Assembly (NCBI GenBank): GCA_003644505.1
Contig: QNCM01000002.1
Coordinates: 4,414-68,413 of the forward strand
Source of the DNA: Candidatus Makaraimicrobium thalassicum
Lineage (GTDB): Bacteria; Omnitrophota; Gorgyraeia; Tantalellales; Tantalellaceae
DNA length: 64,000 nt
Reading direction: 5' to 3'
The position numbers and the translations under genes were made by a program. The notes beneath the pieces are model-generated. The model made no database searches. It was given only the letters and a program-made list of their open reading frames with translations, and was not told the DNA's origin. Below are positions 38,676 through 49,274 of this stretch, piece by piece (the first letter of the stretch is position 1; every line of letters starts with the position of its first letter).

Positions 38676-39353
38676 ATGGTAAAAGTCAAGATATGCGGTT
38701 TGACGAACGTGAAAGACGCTTCAAGGGCTTGTGATTACGGGGCTGATCTTCTGGGGTTCATCTTTGTCAAGGGTACCCCGCGTTACGTGGAAAATATCAG
38801 AGATATAATATCAGATCTGCCGCCGGAGGTGAAGAATAAAACGGGGAGGGTGGGACTGTTTAAGGACGAGGAACTGGAAGAAGTCGCCAGGACCGTTGCC
38901 GGCTGTGATCTGGATTACGTCCAGCTGCATGGGGAAGAGCGGCCTGATTATTGCCGCGCGCTTAAGAATATCCTGCGGGACAGGCACAATTTGTCCGCGA
39001 AGATCATCAAGACCTTCAAGATCAGAGACAGGATCCTGCCCCAGGGGCAGTACAGCCCCTGCGACTATGAGCAGGCGGACTATTTTGTTTTTGACACGTT
39101 TCATCCTGAGATTTCCGGCGGGACAGGCAGAAGGTTTGACTGGCAGGTCCTGATAAAAGAGAGGGAGCGGATAAAAAAGCCATTTTTTATCGCCGGAGGG
39201 CTTACTCCGGAGAACGTCGCGTCCGCGGTTAAGACCGTTCGTCCTTACGGAGTTGATGTCTCAAGCGGAGTGGAGGATCTTCCCGGGGAAAAGGACGAAA
39301 ACCTATTAAAGGAGTTTATCGAAAATGCGAAGAAAGCCCAGACTGCCCGATAA
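38676..39353 (+). CDS. trpF: N-(5'-phosphoribosyl)anthranilate isomerase
   Basis: [37 protein letters not shown] and [11 protein letters not shown] are present. Confidence 0.85.
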   Translation: MVKVKICGLTNVKDASRACDYGADLLGFIFVKGTPRYVENIRDIISDLPPEVKNKTGRVGLFKDEELEEVARTVAGCDLDYVQLHGEERPDYCRALKNILRDRHNLSAKIIKTFKIRDRILPQGQYSPCDYEQADYFVFDTFHPEISGGTGRRFDWQVLIKERERIKKPFFIAGGLTPENVASAVKTVRPYGVDVSSGVEDLPGEKDENLLKEFIENAKKAQTAR

Positions 39354-40515
39354 CAGAGGATATTTCGGCATATTCGGGGGAGAATACGTTCCCGAGACCC
39401 TTATGCCTGCTTTAAAAGAACTTACCACAGCGTATAAAAAGATAGGCCGCTCAGCTCCCTTCAGAAAAAAGCTGAGATACTTTCTGAAAGAATATGCCGG
39501 AAGGCCCACTCCGTTGTATTTCGCGGGGAAACTTACGGAGAAGCTCGGCGGTGCAAAGATATACCTGAAACGGGAAGATCTTCTGCATACCGGCGCGCAC
39601 AAGATCAACAATACCATAGGACAGGCGCTCCTGGCGGTGGCGATGGGCAAGAAGCGCCTGGTCGCGGAGACCGGCGCCGGACAACACGGGGTGGCGACCG
39701 CTACTGTGGCGGCCCTGTTTGATCTTAAATGCGACGTATATATGGGAACCGAGGATATCGAGAGGCAGAACCTGAATGTATTCCGCATGAAGCTTATGGG
39801 CGCGAGGGTCATTCCCGTGCAGAGCGGGTCCTGCACGCTTAAGGATGCCACCAACGAGGCAATAAGGGACTGGGTTACCAATGTGCGGGATACGTATTAC
39901 GTCCTGGGGTCCGTTGTCGGCCCCCATCCTTATCCCATGATGGTCCGGGAGTTCCAGACTGTCATAGGCAAAGAAGTGCGCAGGGATATAATCCGCAGAG
40001 AGGGAAAGCTGCCCGGGTATCTCGTGGCGTGTGTCGGAGGCGGAAGTAATTCCATCGGGCTTTTTCATCCGTTTTTCAGGGACAGGAAAGTGGCGTTTAT
40101 CGGCGTTGAGGCGGCGGGATTCGGGATAAAGACCGGCCGTCACGCTGCCGCGCTTATGAAAGGCAGAGTCGGCGTATTGCACGGAAGCAAGAGTTTTCTG
40201 CTGGAGGATGATGACGGCCAGGTGAAACTCGCTCATTCCATCTCAGCAGGTCTGGATTACCCGGGGGTCGGCCCCGAACATTCATATTATAAACAGACCG
40301 GAAGGGCCGAGTATGTATCGGTGAATGACAGAGAAGCCCTTGAAGGAGTGAAGCTTCTTTCGCGGACAGAAGGTATCATTCCCGCGCTGGAGACCGCTCA
40401 CGCAGTATATTACCTTAAAAAACTGGTGAAGAGAACGGGAAAGAAAGACATAATCGTCCTGTGCTTATCCGGCCGCGGGGATAAAGATATCGATATAATC
40501 AAGAAACATATGTAG
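39325..40515 (+). CDS. trpB: Tryptophan synthase beta chain
   Basis: [24 protein letters not shown] (PLP Lys), [22 protein letters not shown] and [11 protein letters not shown] are present. Confidence 0.95.
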   Translation: MRRKPRLPDNRGYFGIFGGEYVPETLMPALKELTTAYKKIGRSAPFRKKLRYFLKEYAGRPTPLYFAGKLTEKLGGAKIYLKREDLLHTGAHKINNTIGQALLAVAMGKKRLVAETGAGQHGVATATVAALFDLKCDVYMGTEDIERQNLNVFRMKLMGARVIPVQSGSCTLKDATNEAIRDWVTNVRDTYYVLGSVVGPHPYPMMVREFQTVIGKEVRRDIIRREGKLPGYLVACVGGGSNSIGLFHPFFRDRKVAFIGVEAAGFGIKTGRHAAALMKGRVGVLHGSKSFLLEDDDGQVKLAHSISAGLDYPGVGPEHSYYKQTGRAEYVSVNDREALEGVKLLSRTEGIIPALETAHAVYYLKKLVKRTGKKDIIVLCLSGRGDKDIDIIKKHM

Positions 40516-40560
40516 GGAATAGTCTTCACTAACCACTAAAATGCAGCAAAAAGGGAGAAG

Positions 40561-41364
40561 ATGAACAGGATCGATGAAACGTTCAAAAAATTAAGAGCGG
40601 ATAATAAAAAAGCTTTTATTCCGTACGTGGCTGCCGGAGACCCCGATATAAAGACAACCAAAAAAATAGTCTCTGTTCTGGCGGCAGCTGGCGCGGATAT
40701 CGTGGAACTGGGCATACCTTTTTCGGATCCCCTGGCGGACGGGCCGACAATACAGAAAGCCATTCAACGTTCGCTTTCTGCCGGCTGTTCGGTAAGAAAA
40801 GTCCTGGATATGGTCAAAGAACTGCGAGGCAAGGTGGGGATACCTCTGGTTTTCATGACCTATTACAATATTATCTTCAACTATGGCGCCGGCCGTTTCA
40901 TAAAGGACGCTAAGGCCTGCGGCGCGGACGGCGTTATAGTGCCGGATCTTCCGATGGAGGAATCCGGCGGACTGGCGGATATAGCGGATAAAGAGGATTT
41001 TTACGTTATTATGCTTGCCGCGCCCACGACACCTCCGGCGAGATTCAGGAAGATCGCGGACCGTTCCAGGGGATTTATTTATTATGTGTCACTGACAGGG
41101 GTAACCGGGGCAAGGAAGGCGCTTTCCGCGAAGCTGAACAGCGAGGTCAAAGAGCTGAAGAAGATGACGGCAAAACCCGTATGTGTGGGCTTCGGCATAT
41201 CCAATCCCGCCCAGGCCAGCGGTATAGCGAGCGCGTCTGACGGCGTGATCGTCGGAAGCGCCATAATCAAGGTAATAGAGAAGAACCTGGATGACAGGAG
41301 CAGGATGATCGCGAAGGTCGAAGCGTTCGCCGGCTCTATCGCTAGGGCGATTCACGGAGTTTAA
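40561..41364 (+). CDS. trpA: Tryptophan synthase alpha chain
   Basis: FIPYVAAGDPD, ADIVELGIPFSDPLADGPTIQ, DGVIVPDLP and YYVSLTGVTG are present. Confidence 0.9.
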   Translation: MNRIDETFKKLRADNKKAFIPYVAAGDPDIKTTKKIVSVLAAAGADIVELGIPFSDPLADGPTIQKAIQRSLSAGCSVRKVLDMVKELRGKVGIPLVFMTYYNIIFNYGAGRFIKDAKACGADGVIVPDLPMEESGGLADIADKEDFYVIMLAAPTTPPARFRKIADRSRGFIYYVSLTGVTGARKALSAKLNSEVKELKKMTAKPVCVGFGISNPAQASGIASASDGVIVGSAIIKVIEKNLDDRSRMIAKVEAFAGSIARAIHGV

Positions 41365-41382
41365 GAGATATGGAGTCGCGGT

Positions 41383-41805
41383 ATGCGGGTGATGGCGCTG
41401 GATATCGGCACGAAGAACATAGGGGTAGCAGTAAGCGATGAGACCGGCATACTCGCGCAGGCAAAGGGACCCGTCCGGAGGACAAGCACTGCGCGGGCTG
41501 TAACACGGATCAGGGAACTAGTCGAGCAATTTAACGTCGGAGAGATCGTTGTGGGATTACCGCTTAATATGAACGGTACGATGGGCAGGCGCGCTGAAGA
41601 CAGCGTGAAATTCGCCGGGATACTGAAACAGCGGACTTCTCTGCCGGTGAAATTATGGGATGAACGCTTAAGCACCAGAGAAGCGGAAGCTGTCATGATA
41701 GAGGCCTCTGTTACGCGGAAAAAGAGAAAAAAAACAGTGGATGGTCTCGCCGCGCAGATCATATTACAGGGGTACCTCGATAGTTTAGAGACGGAAAGAG
41801 GGTAA
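41383..41805 (+). CDS. ruvX: Putative pre-16S rRNA nuclease / Holliday-junction resolvase-like YqgF
   Basis: MRVMALDIGTKNIGVAVSD, IVVGLPLNMNGT and LWDERLSTREAE are present. Confidence 0.85.
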   Translation: MRVMALDIGTKNIGVAVSDETGILAQAKGPVRRTSTARAVTRIRELVEQFNVGEIVVGLPLNMNGTMGRRAEDSVKFAGILKQRTSLPVKLWDERLSTREAEAVMIEASVTRKKRKKTVDGLAAQIILQGYLDSLETERG

Positions 41806-41809
41806 AAAT

Positions 41810-43081
41810 ATGTACAAAAAGCTGCAGGGAAAGAACGGTCTTACTGTGATAGTATCGCCGATGCCGCAGATGGCCTCGGTCTCTCTTGGAATATGGATCG
41901 GCGTAGGAGGGCGTTACGAATCTGAAAAACAGAGCGGTATAAGCCATCTCGTGGAGCACATGTTGTTCAAGGGGACGCATAGCCGGACAGCTAAAGATCT
42001 CAAAGAATCCATCGAGGGAATAGGGGGGGCGTTCAACGGTTTTACCTCCGACGAGGTAACGTGTTACATGGTGAAAGTCCCGGCAAAATATCTGGAACTG
42101 GGGATAGATATCCTGGCGGACATGGTATTGAACGCCAGGTTTGACGAGCAGGATCTCACGAGGGAGAGATTTGTCGTTTGCGAAGAGATAAAGATGTACC
42201 GCGATCAGCCGGCCGACCATGTCATGGATCTGCTGGGAGAAATAATGTGGCCGCAAAACGCCCTCGGGCGTCCGCTGACGGGCAGTATCAGTAATGTAAA
42301 AGGTTTCAGCGCGGATGAGCTGATAAGGTTCAAAGAGAATAACTACCACCCGGCTAATATCGCTGTTGTAGCGGCTGGAAGGGCCGATCCTGAAAAAGTT
42401 TTAAGTTATGCGGCACAGAGGTTCGCGGCGAAAAAAAAGAGGAAGACCCCGTCGTTCGAGACGCCAAAGGTTACCCAGAAAAGCTCCTCCATGAAGGTGT
42501 GCCGCGGGGATACAAAGCAGACGCATATCGCGATGGGGTTTCATGCCACGGACCGCAACATCCGTGAAAGGTTCGCGCTTAAGCTGATGAACGTGATCTT
42601 CGGGGGGAACATGTCATCCCGCCTTTTCGAAGAACTGCGCGAAAAATACGGCCTTTGCTATGATATATCCTCATCATACAAAAGGCACAGTGATGTGGGG
42701 GAGGTCCATATACACGCCGGAGTGGATAATAAAAAGGCTCCCCGGTCTGTCATTGCCATCCTGGATGAAGTGAAGAAATTAAGGGATCTGGGAATAACCG
42801 AAGATGAACTTGCCCGGGCGAAAGAATATGCCAAGGGACAGTTCCTTATCGCGATGGAAGGCACAGCGACCAGAATGATGTGGCTCGGGGACAAATTCAT
42901 GGTGCAGCGGCATATACCCGGGGTAAAAGATGTCTTGAGAGAGATAGACGGCGTAACGTCAGCTGAGATACACAAAGTCTGCGAAAGGATTTTCAGGGCT
43001 TCATCGGTTAACCTGGCTATGGTAGGCAGGTTGAGGGATAAAGATAAGAGTAAGATAAAAGAAGAGCTGAACAGATTATGA
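41810..43081 (+). CDS. M16 family zinc peptidase (pitrilysin-like)
   Basis: The inverted zinc motif HLVEHMLFKGT (HxxEH) is present, followed by the downstream E of the EN..E motif. There are two M16 halves. Confidence 0.8.
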   Translation: MYKKLQGKNGLTVIVSPMPQMASVSLGIWIGVGGRYESEKQSGISHLVEHMLFKGTHSRTAKDLKESIEGIGGAFNGFTSDEVTCYMVKVPAKYLELGIDILADMVLNARFDEQDLTRERFVVCEEIKMYRDQPADHVMDLLGEIMWPQNALGRPLTGSISNVKGFSADELIRFKENNYHPANIAVVAAGRADPEKVLSYAAQRFAAKKKRKTPSFETPKVTQKSSSMKVCRGDTKQTHIAMGFHATDRNIRERFALKLMNVIFGGNMSSRLFEELREKYGLCYDISSSYKRHSDVGEVHIHAGVDNKKAPRSVIAILDEVKKLRDLGITEDELARAKEYAKGQFLIAMEGTATRMMWLGDKFMVQRHIPGVKDVLREIDGVTSAEIHKVCERIFRASSVNLAMVGRLRDKDKSKIKEELNRL

Positions 43082-44151
43082 AAGGGACTTTCCGCCTGGT
43101 CAGGGTCATGGGGATCAACATAGACATACACAGCACATTCTTGCTGCTTCTGGCTTTCTTCTTTCTGGTTATGGGGGTCAGGGGGCTTATACTTATCCTG
43201 GGTGTATTTTTCTTTGTGACGATCCACGAACTTTGTCATAGCCTGGTTGCGGCACGTTTCGGAATAAAAGTAAAGCACATAACACTTCTGCCCATAGGCG
43301 GCGTGGCATCAATGCCGGAGGCGCCGCGGGTGCCGTATCAGGAACTCCTTATATCTCTTGCGGGCCCGCTGTCGAATATGCTCATCCTGGTCATTTTTTA
43401 TTATCCTCTTCTCGCTCTTCTGGGAAAGGAAACACTGATCTATCCGCTGCGGGTCATGACGGGTCAGGTTAAGTATACCGGACAGCTCAATATCCTGGCG
43501 CATATCTACTGGATCAACCTGGTCCTGGCTGTTTTCAATATGCTGCCGTCGTTCCCCATGGACGGAGGACGGGTCCTGCGCGCGATACTGTCCTACCGCA
43601 TCGGCTATAGGGAAGCTACGGCTGTGGCTGTCAGGCTCGGGCATATATTCGCGCTGCTGTTCGCCTATCTCGGCATAGTGCACGGTCATATCTTTCTTTT
43701 GATCGTTGCGGTATTTGTTTATATGGCGGCTTCCAGCGAAGGTTTTCAGGTGGAGGTGACCGAGACTATCAAGAATTATTCCGTGCGGGATATACTGGCC
43801 AGGGATTTTATACATGTAAGGCCGGATACTCCCCTCTCAAAGGTCCTGGAGCTCATATTCCGCACACATCAGGAAGATTATCCGGTGATCGAGGACGGCC
43901 ACTTGAGGGGATTTATCACCCGGAGGGAGATTATCCGGGGGATACATGAGAAGGGTAAGGAGGCAAAGGTGGAGAAGGTGATGCGCGGGGATATACCCGC
44001 GGTCGAGATGTCTGCCGGATTGCACCTTGTCCAGAAACTCATGCAGAAATATAATACAAACGCCATGCCCGTGAAGAAAAGAGGCAATATAGTCGGTGTG
44101 GTCACCAAGGATGATATAAACAGGGTGTATCTTATGATGAGTGAACATTAA
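43078..44151 (+). CDS. M50 (site-2 protease-like) membrane metalloprotease with a C-terminal CBS pair
   Basis: Several TM helices are present. HELCHSLVA is the HExxH motif and MLPSFPMDGGRVLRA is LDG-like. The C-terminal CBS domains read VRDILARDFIHVRPD...MPVKKRGNIVGVVTKDDI. Confidence 0.75.
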   Translation: MKGTFRLVRVMGINIDIHSTFLLLLAFFFLVMGVRGLILILGVFFFVTIHELCHSLVAARFGIKVKHITLLPIGGVASMPEAPRVPYQELLISLAGPLSNMLILVIFYYPLLALLGKETLIYPLRVMTGQVKYTGQLNILAHIYWINLVLAVFNMLPSFPMDGGRVLRAILSYRIGYREATAVAVRLGHIFALLFAYLGIVHGHIFLLIVAVFVYMAASSEGFQVEVTETIKNYSVRDILARDFIHVRPDTPLSKVLELIFRTHQEDYPVIEDGHLRGFITRREIIRGIHEKGKEAKVEKVMRGDIPAVEMSAGLHLVQKLMQKYNTNAMPVKKRGNIVGVVTKDDINRVYLMMSEH

Positions 44152-44183
44152 CGCGCCTAAATAGGGATATAGAAAGGACAGGA

Positions 44184-44840
44184 ATGGGCACTGATAAGGT
44201 CTTGATCGCCCCGAGTATTCTGTCAGCGGATTTCAGCAGGCTGGGAGAGGAGATTAGGTCGATAGAAAAGGGAGGAGCTGACTGGGTTCATATTGATGTA
44301 ATGGACGGGGTCTTTGTCCCCAATATAACGATAGGCCCGCTTATTGTCAGGTCAGTGAGGCCGGTAACCGGCCTGCCCCTTGATGTACATCTCATGGTTG
44401 ACAATCCCGCGAAATATATCGACCAGTTTGCCGATGCGGGAAGCGACTTGATCACGTTTCATATGGAAGCCTGTGAATCGCCGGAGAACGGCATTAAGAA
44501 GATAAAAGATAAAGGCAAAAAGGCAGGTGTTTCCATAAAGCCCGGGACGGATATTTCGATCCTTGACGGTATTCTGGGGCAGGTCGATATGGTATTGATC
44601 ATGACAGTGGAGCCGGGCTTCGGAGGGCAGTCTTTTATGGAGGGCATGCTGGATAAAGTAAGGGACATAAGGCCCCGGTTTGACGGGTACATACAGGTCG
44701 ACGGCGGAATAAACAGGGAAACAGCCCTGAAAGCGGTGGATGCCGGTGTGGATGTTCTTGTGGCAGGCACAGCGGTTTTCGGGCAGGAAGATTACGGGAA
44801 GGCGATAGAAGAACTGAGATCAGGGGCCCGTCGCCCGTGA
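44184..44840 (+). CDS. rpe: Ribulose-phosphate 3-epimerase
   Basis: IAPSILSADFSRLGEEI, WVHIDVMDG, DVHLMV, MTVEPGFGGQSF and QVDGGI are present. Confidence 0.9.
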   Translation: MGTDKVLIAPSILSADFSRLGEEIRSIEKGGADWVHIDVMDGVFVPNITIGPLIVRSVRPVTGLPLDVHLMVDNPAKYIDQFADAGSDLITFHMEACESPENGIKKIKDKGKKAGVSIKPGTDISILDGILGQVDMVLIMTVEPGFGGQSFMEGMLDKVRDIRPRFDGYIQVDGGINRETALKAVDAGVDVLVAGTAVFGQEDYGKAIEELRSGARRP

Positions 44841-44892
44841 CTCGTATACGAGCCACGAGTCACGAGCTACGAGAAATGATTGGAGGAAATAA

Positions 44893-46317
44893 ATGGCCAG
44901 GATAAAATTCGGTACAGACGGGTGGAGAGCGGTCATCAGTGACGATTTCACCTTTGAGAACGTGAGGGTTGTAGGGCAGGCGGTCGCGGACTTCGTTAGA
45001 TCACGCAAAGAACCGGTCTACAGGAAGAAAAAGTTTGTTGTGGGGTATGACACACGTTTCCTTTCCGACAGGTATGCCGAGATAGTATCCGCTGTGCTGG
45101 CCGGCAACGGGATAAAGGTCATTCTGTCCGACAGGCCGAATCCGACCCCGGCGATATGCGTTTGTATAAAGGATAAAAAACTGACAGGCGGGATCATGGT
45201 GACCGCCAGTCACAACCCGCCGCATTATAACGGCATCAAGTATAAAGGGTTTTTCGGCGGTTCCGCCGGAAGTGACATTATCGATGGGATCGAGAAGAGG
45301 CTTCATAGATCGCATGTGAAATCCATGGTCTTTGATGAGGCGTTAAGAAGAGGGAAGATAATCAAACAGGATATCGTGGGGGTACAGCTTCGACGCATTA
45401 AAAAATACGCTGACATGAAGAAGCTCAAAACAGCCGGGTTAAAGGTGCTGGTGGACTCGATGAACGGAACAGGAGGCACGTATTTTCGACAGATACTGAA
45501 GAATACCGGGATAAAAATGGATTTCATACATGCGGGAACAAACCCGGGTTTCGGCGGCAGGGCGCCCGAGCCCAATGAGAAAAACCTCAAAGAGCTCATG
45601 AAGGGCGTGAAAAAAGGAAGGTATGATCTGGGCCTTGCCACGGACGGAGACGCTGACCGTATCGGTGTCGTGGATGAAAAAGGAAATATGCTGTCAGGTC
45701 ACAAGGTAATGGCGCTGCTGCTATTGCATTTCCTCAGGAACAGAAACGCTACAGGAGGCGTTGTTCAGACTATTTGCGGGACAGCCCTGATAGACAGGAT
45801 CTGCGAGAAATACGGACTGCGGATATATGAGACCCCGGTAGGGTTCAAATATATCTGCGATATAATGACAAAGAATGACATACTCATCGGCGGTGAGGAG
45901 ACAGGCGGTGTGGGTTTTAAGAACTATATCCCCGAGCGGGACGGTTTTCTGACAGCACTTTTGATCATGGAGCTTATGATCTCGGAGAAAAAGCCCCTGG
46001 GACGGATAGTGGCTGACATGAACAGAGAGTACGGGAATTATGTCTATGAGAGAGAGGATATGATCTTTCCTGAGTCCAGCAGGAAAAAGCTGATGAACGG
46101 TTTGAGAAAAAAACCACTCAAGAAGGTATTGAACAAGCCGGTCAGAGAGGTCCGGGACTATGACGGGTCAAAGTTCATATGCGAGGACGGCAGCTGGCTT
46201 CTGCTGAGGCTCTCGGGCACTGAACCGAAACTCAGGGTTTACAGCGAGACGCGGTCCGGAAAAGAATCGCTGAAATATCTGAAATTCGGGAAAAAATACG
46301 CGCTTTCGCTGATGTAA
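44893..46317 (+). CDS. Phosphoglucomutase/phosphomannomutase family protein
   Basis: GTDGWRAV precedes the active-site loop TASHNPPHYNGIKY (phospho-Ser). The metal loop is DGDADR and the sugar loop is GEETGG. Confidence 0.85.
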   Translation: MARIKFGTDGWRAVISDDFTFENVRVVGQAVADFVRSRKEPVYRKKKFVVGYDTRFLSDRYAEIVSAVLAGNGIKVILSDRPNPTPAICVCIKDKKLTGGIMVTASHNPPHYNGIKYKGFFGGSAGSDIIDGIEKRLHRSHVKSMVFDEALRRGKIIKQDIVGVQLRRIKKYADMKKLKTAGLKVLVDSMNGTGGTYFRQILKNTGIKMDFIHAGTNPGFGGRAPEPNEKNLKELMKGVKKGRYDLGLATDGDADRIGVVDEKGNMLSGHKVMALLLLHFLRNRNATGGVVQTICGTALIDRICEKYGLRIYETPVGFKYICDIMTKNDILIGGEETGGVGFKNYIPERDGFLTALLIMELMISEKKPLGRIVADMNREYGNYVYEREDMIFPESSRKKLMNGLRKKPLKKVLNKPVREVRDYDGSKFICEDGSWLLLRLSGTEPKLRVYSETRSGKESLKYLKFGKKYALSLM

Positions 46318-46331
46318 GGCTTTTCAAATTC

Positions 46332-48131
46332 ATGAAAAAACTCGAGAAGATCAGGAATTTTTGTATTATTGCCCATGTTGACCACGGTAAATCGACCCTG
46401 GCCGACAGGATAATCCAGGTTACTGATACCGTGAAGAGGAGGGAGTTCAGGGATCAGTTTCTGGACAATATGGACCTGGAAAGAGAAAGAGGCATAACCA
46501 TTAAATCCAGCGCGGTCAGGATAAAATACAGGGCTAAGGACGATAGGACCTATTTGCTGAATCTTATCGATACACCGGGGCATGTCGATTTTTCATATGA
46601 GGTATCCAAGAGTATAGCGGCGTGTGAGGGCGCACTCCTGCTGGTAGATGCCGTGCAGGGTGTTGAGGCGCAGACGATCGCCAATCTTTATCTGGCAATG
46701 GAACATGATCTGCAGATAATCCCGATCATAAACAAGATCGATCTTAAAAACGCGCGAATAAAAGAGATAAAGAGGCAGATGAAAGATATCCTGGGTGTTG
46801 ACGATAGTGATATCATCCTCATAAGCGCGAAAGAGGATATCGGTACTGAGGATGTCCTTGAGGGGATCGTGAAGAGGATACCCCCGCCTTCGGGCAGCCG
46901 GAAACAGCCGTTACAGGCGCTGATATTCGATTCCACCTATGATACTTACAGGGGGGTGATCGTTTATGTCCGTGTTGTGAGCGGTTATCTGAGAGCCGGT
47001 ATGCGCGTCGAGATGATGAACAGGCACACCAGGTATGAGGTCAAGGAGGTCGGGGTGTTCACACCTGCTGAACAGACAATGGATGAGCTGGAGTGCGGGC
47101 AGGTAGGATATATCGTCTGTAACATCAAGGAAGCGAAAGAAGTGGTTGTGGGCGATACCATAACTGACCTGGCCAACCCCGCGGAAGAACCCCTCCCGGG
47201 GTATAAGCGGGTGAAACCAATGGTTTACAGCGGAATGTATCCTGTAAGCAATGAGGATTATGAGGATCTCAAGGACGCTATGGAGAAAATGCGGCTCTCG
47301 GACCCTTCTTTCATTTATGAGCCCGAAACGTCGGCAGCGCTGGGGTTTGGTTTCCGGTGCGGCTTTTTAGGGCTCCTGCATATGGAGATAATCCAGGAAC
47401 GACTGGAGCGTGAGTTCGGCCTGGATCTGATCGTTTCCTCACCGAGCGTGAATTACAAAGTGAAACTGCTTCACGGAGAGCTTCTGGAGATCGACAACCC
47501 GACCAAATATCCGGACGGGGAGAGGATCGAGTATGTAGATGAGCCGTTCGTAAAATGTTATATTATCGCACCGTCGGAATCCATCGGCGCCATCATGAAA
47601 CTGTGCGAGAACAGGAGAGGGGAGTTCGTCAGCACACAGTACCTGGATCCCGGGAAGGCCCAGTTGACCTACAACTTACCGCTGTCGGAGATAATAGTCA
47701 ATTTTTACGATAAGATCAAGTCCTCGACCAAGGGGTACGGCTCTCTTGATTATGAACTTATCGGCTACAGAAAATCCGATATAGTCAAGCTGGAGATACT
47801 GATCAACGGCGTTCCCTGCGACGCGCTTTCCTGTATCGTGTACAGGGGGAAAGCCAGAAAAAAAGGGATGGAGCTGGTGAAAAAACTGCGGGAGACTATC
47901 CCCAGGCACATGTTCAAGATAGCGGTGCAGGCTGCTGTCGGAGGGAACGTGCTTGCCAGAGAGGACATTTCAGCGTTGAAAAAGCATGTTACCGGAAAGT
48001 GTTACGGTGGTGATATTACGAGGAAAAGAAAACTGTGGGAAAAACAGAAGGAAGGGAAGAAGAAGATGCGCAGAATAGGTAAAGTGGATGTTCCCAAAGA
48101 AGCGTTTTTAAAAGCTATGAGGGTAGCATGA
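46332..48131 (+). CDS. lepA: Elongation factor 4
   Basis: NFCIIAHVDHGKSTL, DTPGHVDF, NKIDL and the LepA-specific C-terminal domain are present. The length is 599 aa. Confidence 0.95.
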   Translation: MKKLEKIRNFCIIAHVDHGKSTLADRIIQVTDTVKRREFRDQFLDNMDLERERGITIKSSAVRIKYRAKDDRTYLLNLIDTPGHVDFSYEVSKSIAACEGALLLVDAVQGVEAQTIANLYLAMEHDLQIIPIINKIDLKNARIKEIKRQMKDILGVDDSDIILISAKEDIGTEDVLEGIVKRIPPPSGSRKQPLQALIFDSTYDTYRGVIVYVRVVSGYLRAGMRVEMMNRHTRYEVKEVGVFTPAEQTMDELECGQVGYIVCNIKEAKEVVVGDTITDLANPAEEPLPGYKRVKPMVYSGMYPVSNEDYEDLKDAMEKMRLSDPSFIYEPETSAALGFGFRCGFLGLLHMEIIQERLEREFGLDLIVSSPSVNYKVKLLHGELLEIDNPTKYPDGERIEYVDEPFVKCYIIAPSESIGAIMKLCENRRGEFVSTQYLDPGKAQLTYNLPLSEIIVNFYDKIKSSTKGYGSLDYELIGYRKSDIVKLEILINGVPCDALSCIVYRGKARKKGMELVKKLRETIPRHMFKIAVQAAVGGNVLAREDISALKKHVTGKCYGGDITRKRKLWEKQKEGKKKMRRIGKVDVPKEAFLKAMRVA

Positions 48132-48721
48132 AGTTTAACAGAAGTTCATGGGATTACCTCTGGGCAGAATGGATAAAGCCGATACTGATCGCGGCGGTTC
48201 TTGCTTTTTTTATAAGAACGTTTGTTACGCAGCCCTTTAAGATACCGTCGAGTTCCATGTATCCCACGTTAAGGCCCGGAGACAGGATATTTGTGAACAA
48301 ATTCATCCACGGGGTCAGGTTGCCTCTTACCGGCATCAGATTGCCCGCGATAAGGCCTCCCATGCTCGGGGATATTGTCGTATTTATATCTCCTGTAGAG
48401 AAAAAGAAATATCTTGTAAAGCGGTTCATCGCAGGTGGAGGAGAATCCGTACAGATAAAAGGCGGAGAACTTTTTGTGGACGGTAAGAGGATCGATGGCA
48501 ACCCTTTCAAACGCTTTTTCTATTATAACCGCGGAAAATACGGCGCCGAGGACGAGGTCATCCACGTCCCTGAAGGTTGTTTTTATGCATTGGGGGATAA
48601 CAGCGCCAATTCCCTGGATTCGAGGTACTGGGGGTTTGTCCCGGATAAAAATCTTGTCGGGAACGCCTTCCTTATTCATTGGCCGATAAAGCGGATACAG
48701 CTTATTCGGAAGGGAGATTAA
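48128..48721 (+). CDS. lepB: Signal peptidase I
   Basis: An N-terminal TM helix is followed by SSMYPTL (catalytic Ser) and KRFIAGGGE (Lys box). GDNSANSLDSRYWGFV (box E) is also present. Confidence 0.9.
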   Translation: MKFNRSSWDYLWAEWIKPILIAAVLAFFIRTFVTQPFKIPSSSMYPTLRPGDRIFVNKFIHGVRLPLTGIRLPAIRPPMLGDIVVFISPVEKKKYLVKRFIAGGGESVQIKGGELFVDGKRIDGNPFKRFFYYNRGKYGAEDEVIHVPEGCFYALGDNSANSLDSRYWGFVPDKNLVGNAFLIHWPIKRIQLIRKGD

Positions 48722-48740
48722 CAGGGAATAGTCGGAAATT

Positions 48741-49274
48741 ATGAATTGGGCCAATCGATTGACTATCTGCAGGATAATACTGGTTCCGGTTTTCATCACG
48801 GCTGTTTTCTATCACAGGCTGAATCTCGCTTTTATAGTGTTTATACTCGCCACTATAACGGATGGACTGGATGGTTACATAGCACGGACGCGTAAAGAGA
48901 AAACCAAGTTCGGCGCCATAATGGATCCGATCGCGGATAAGATGCTTATCGGAAGCGCATTCATAAGTTTCAGCCTTGTGAGCGGGCTGCCAGATCACCT
49001 CAAAATGCCGGTGTATGTCCCGATAATTGTTGTCAGCAGGGATGTAATTATTTTACTGTGGGCGCTGATCATGTACCTGCTCGCAGGTAACATAGAGGTA
49101 CGGCCTTCGATTATCGGGAAAGTGACGACATTCTGCCAGATGCTTACGATCATTTGCGTGCTTTTACATTTTGTCTATTCAAACTGGATATGGAACATCG
49201 CAATAGCGCTTACCGTCATTTCCGGTCTGGATTACATCAGAATATGGTCCGGTCAGATCAATGGAAAATTATAG
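48741..49274 (+). CDS. CDP-alcohol phosphatidyltransferase family protein (PgsA-like)
   Basis: TITDGLDGYIARTRKEKTKFGAIMDPIADK matches the D-G-x2-A-R-x8-G-x3-D-x3-D motif. It is polytopic. Confidence 0.8.
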   Translation: MNWANRLTICRIILVPVFITAVFYHRLNLAFIVFILATITDGLDGYIARTRKEKTKFGAIMDPIADKMLIGSAFISFSLVSGLPDHLKMPVYVPIIVVSRDVIILLWALIMYLLAGNIEVRPSIIGKVTTFCQMLTIICVLLHFVYSNWIWNIAIALTVISGLDYIRIWSGQINGKL

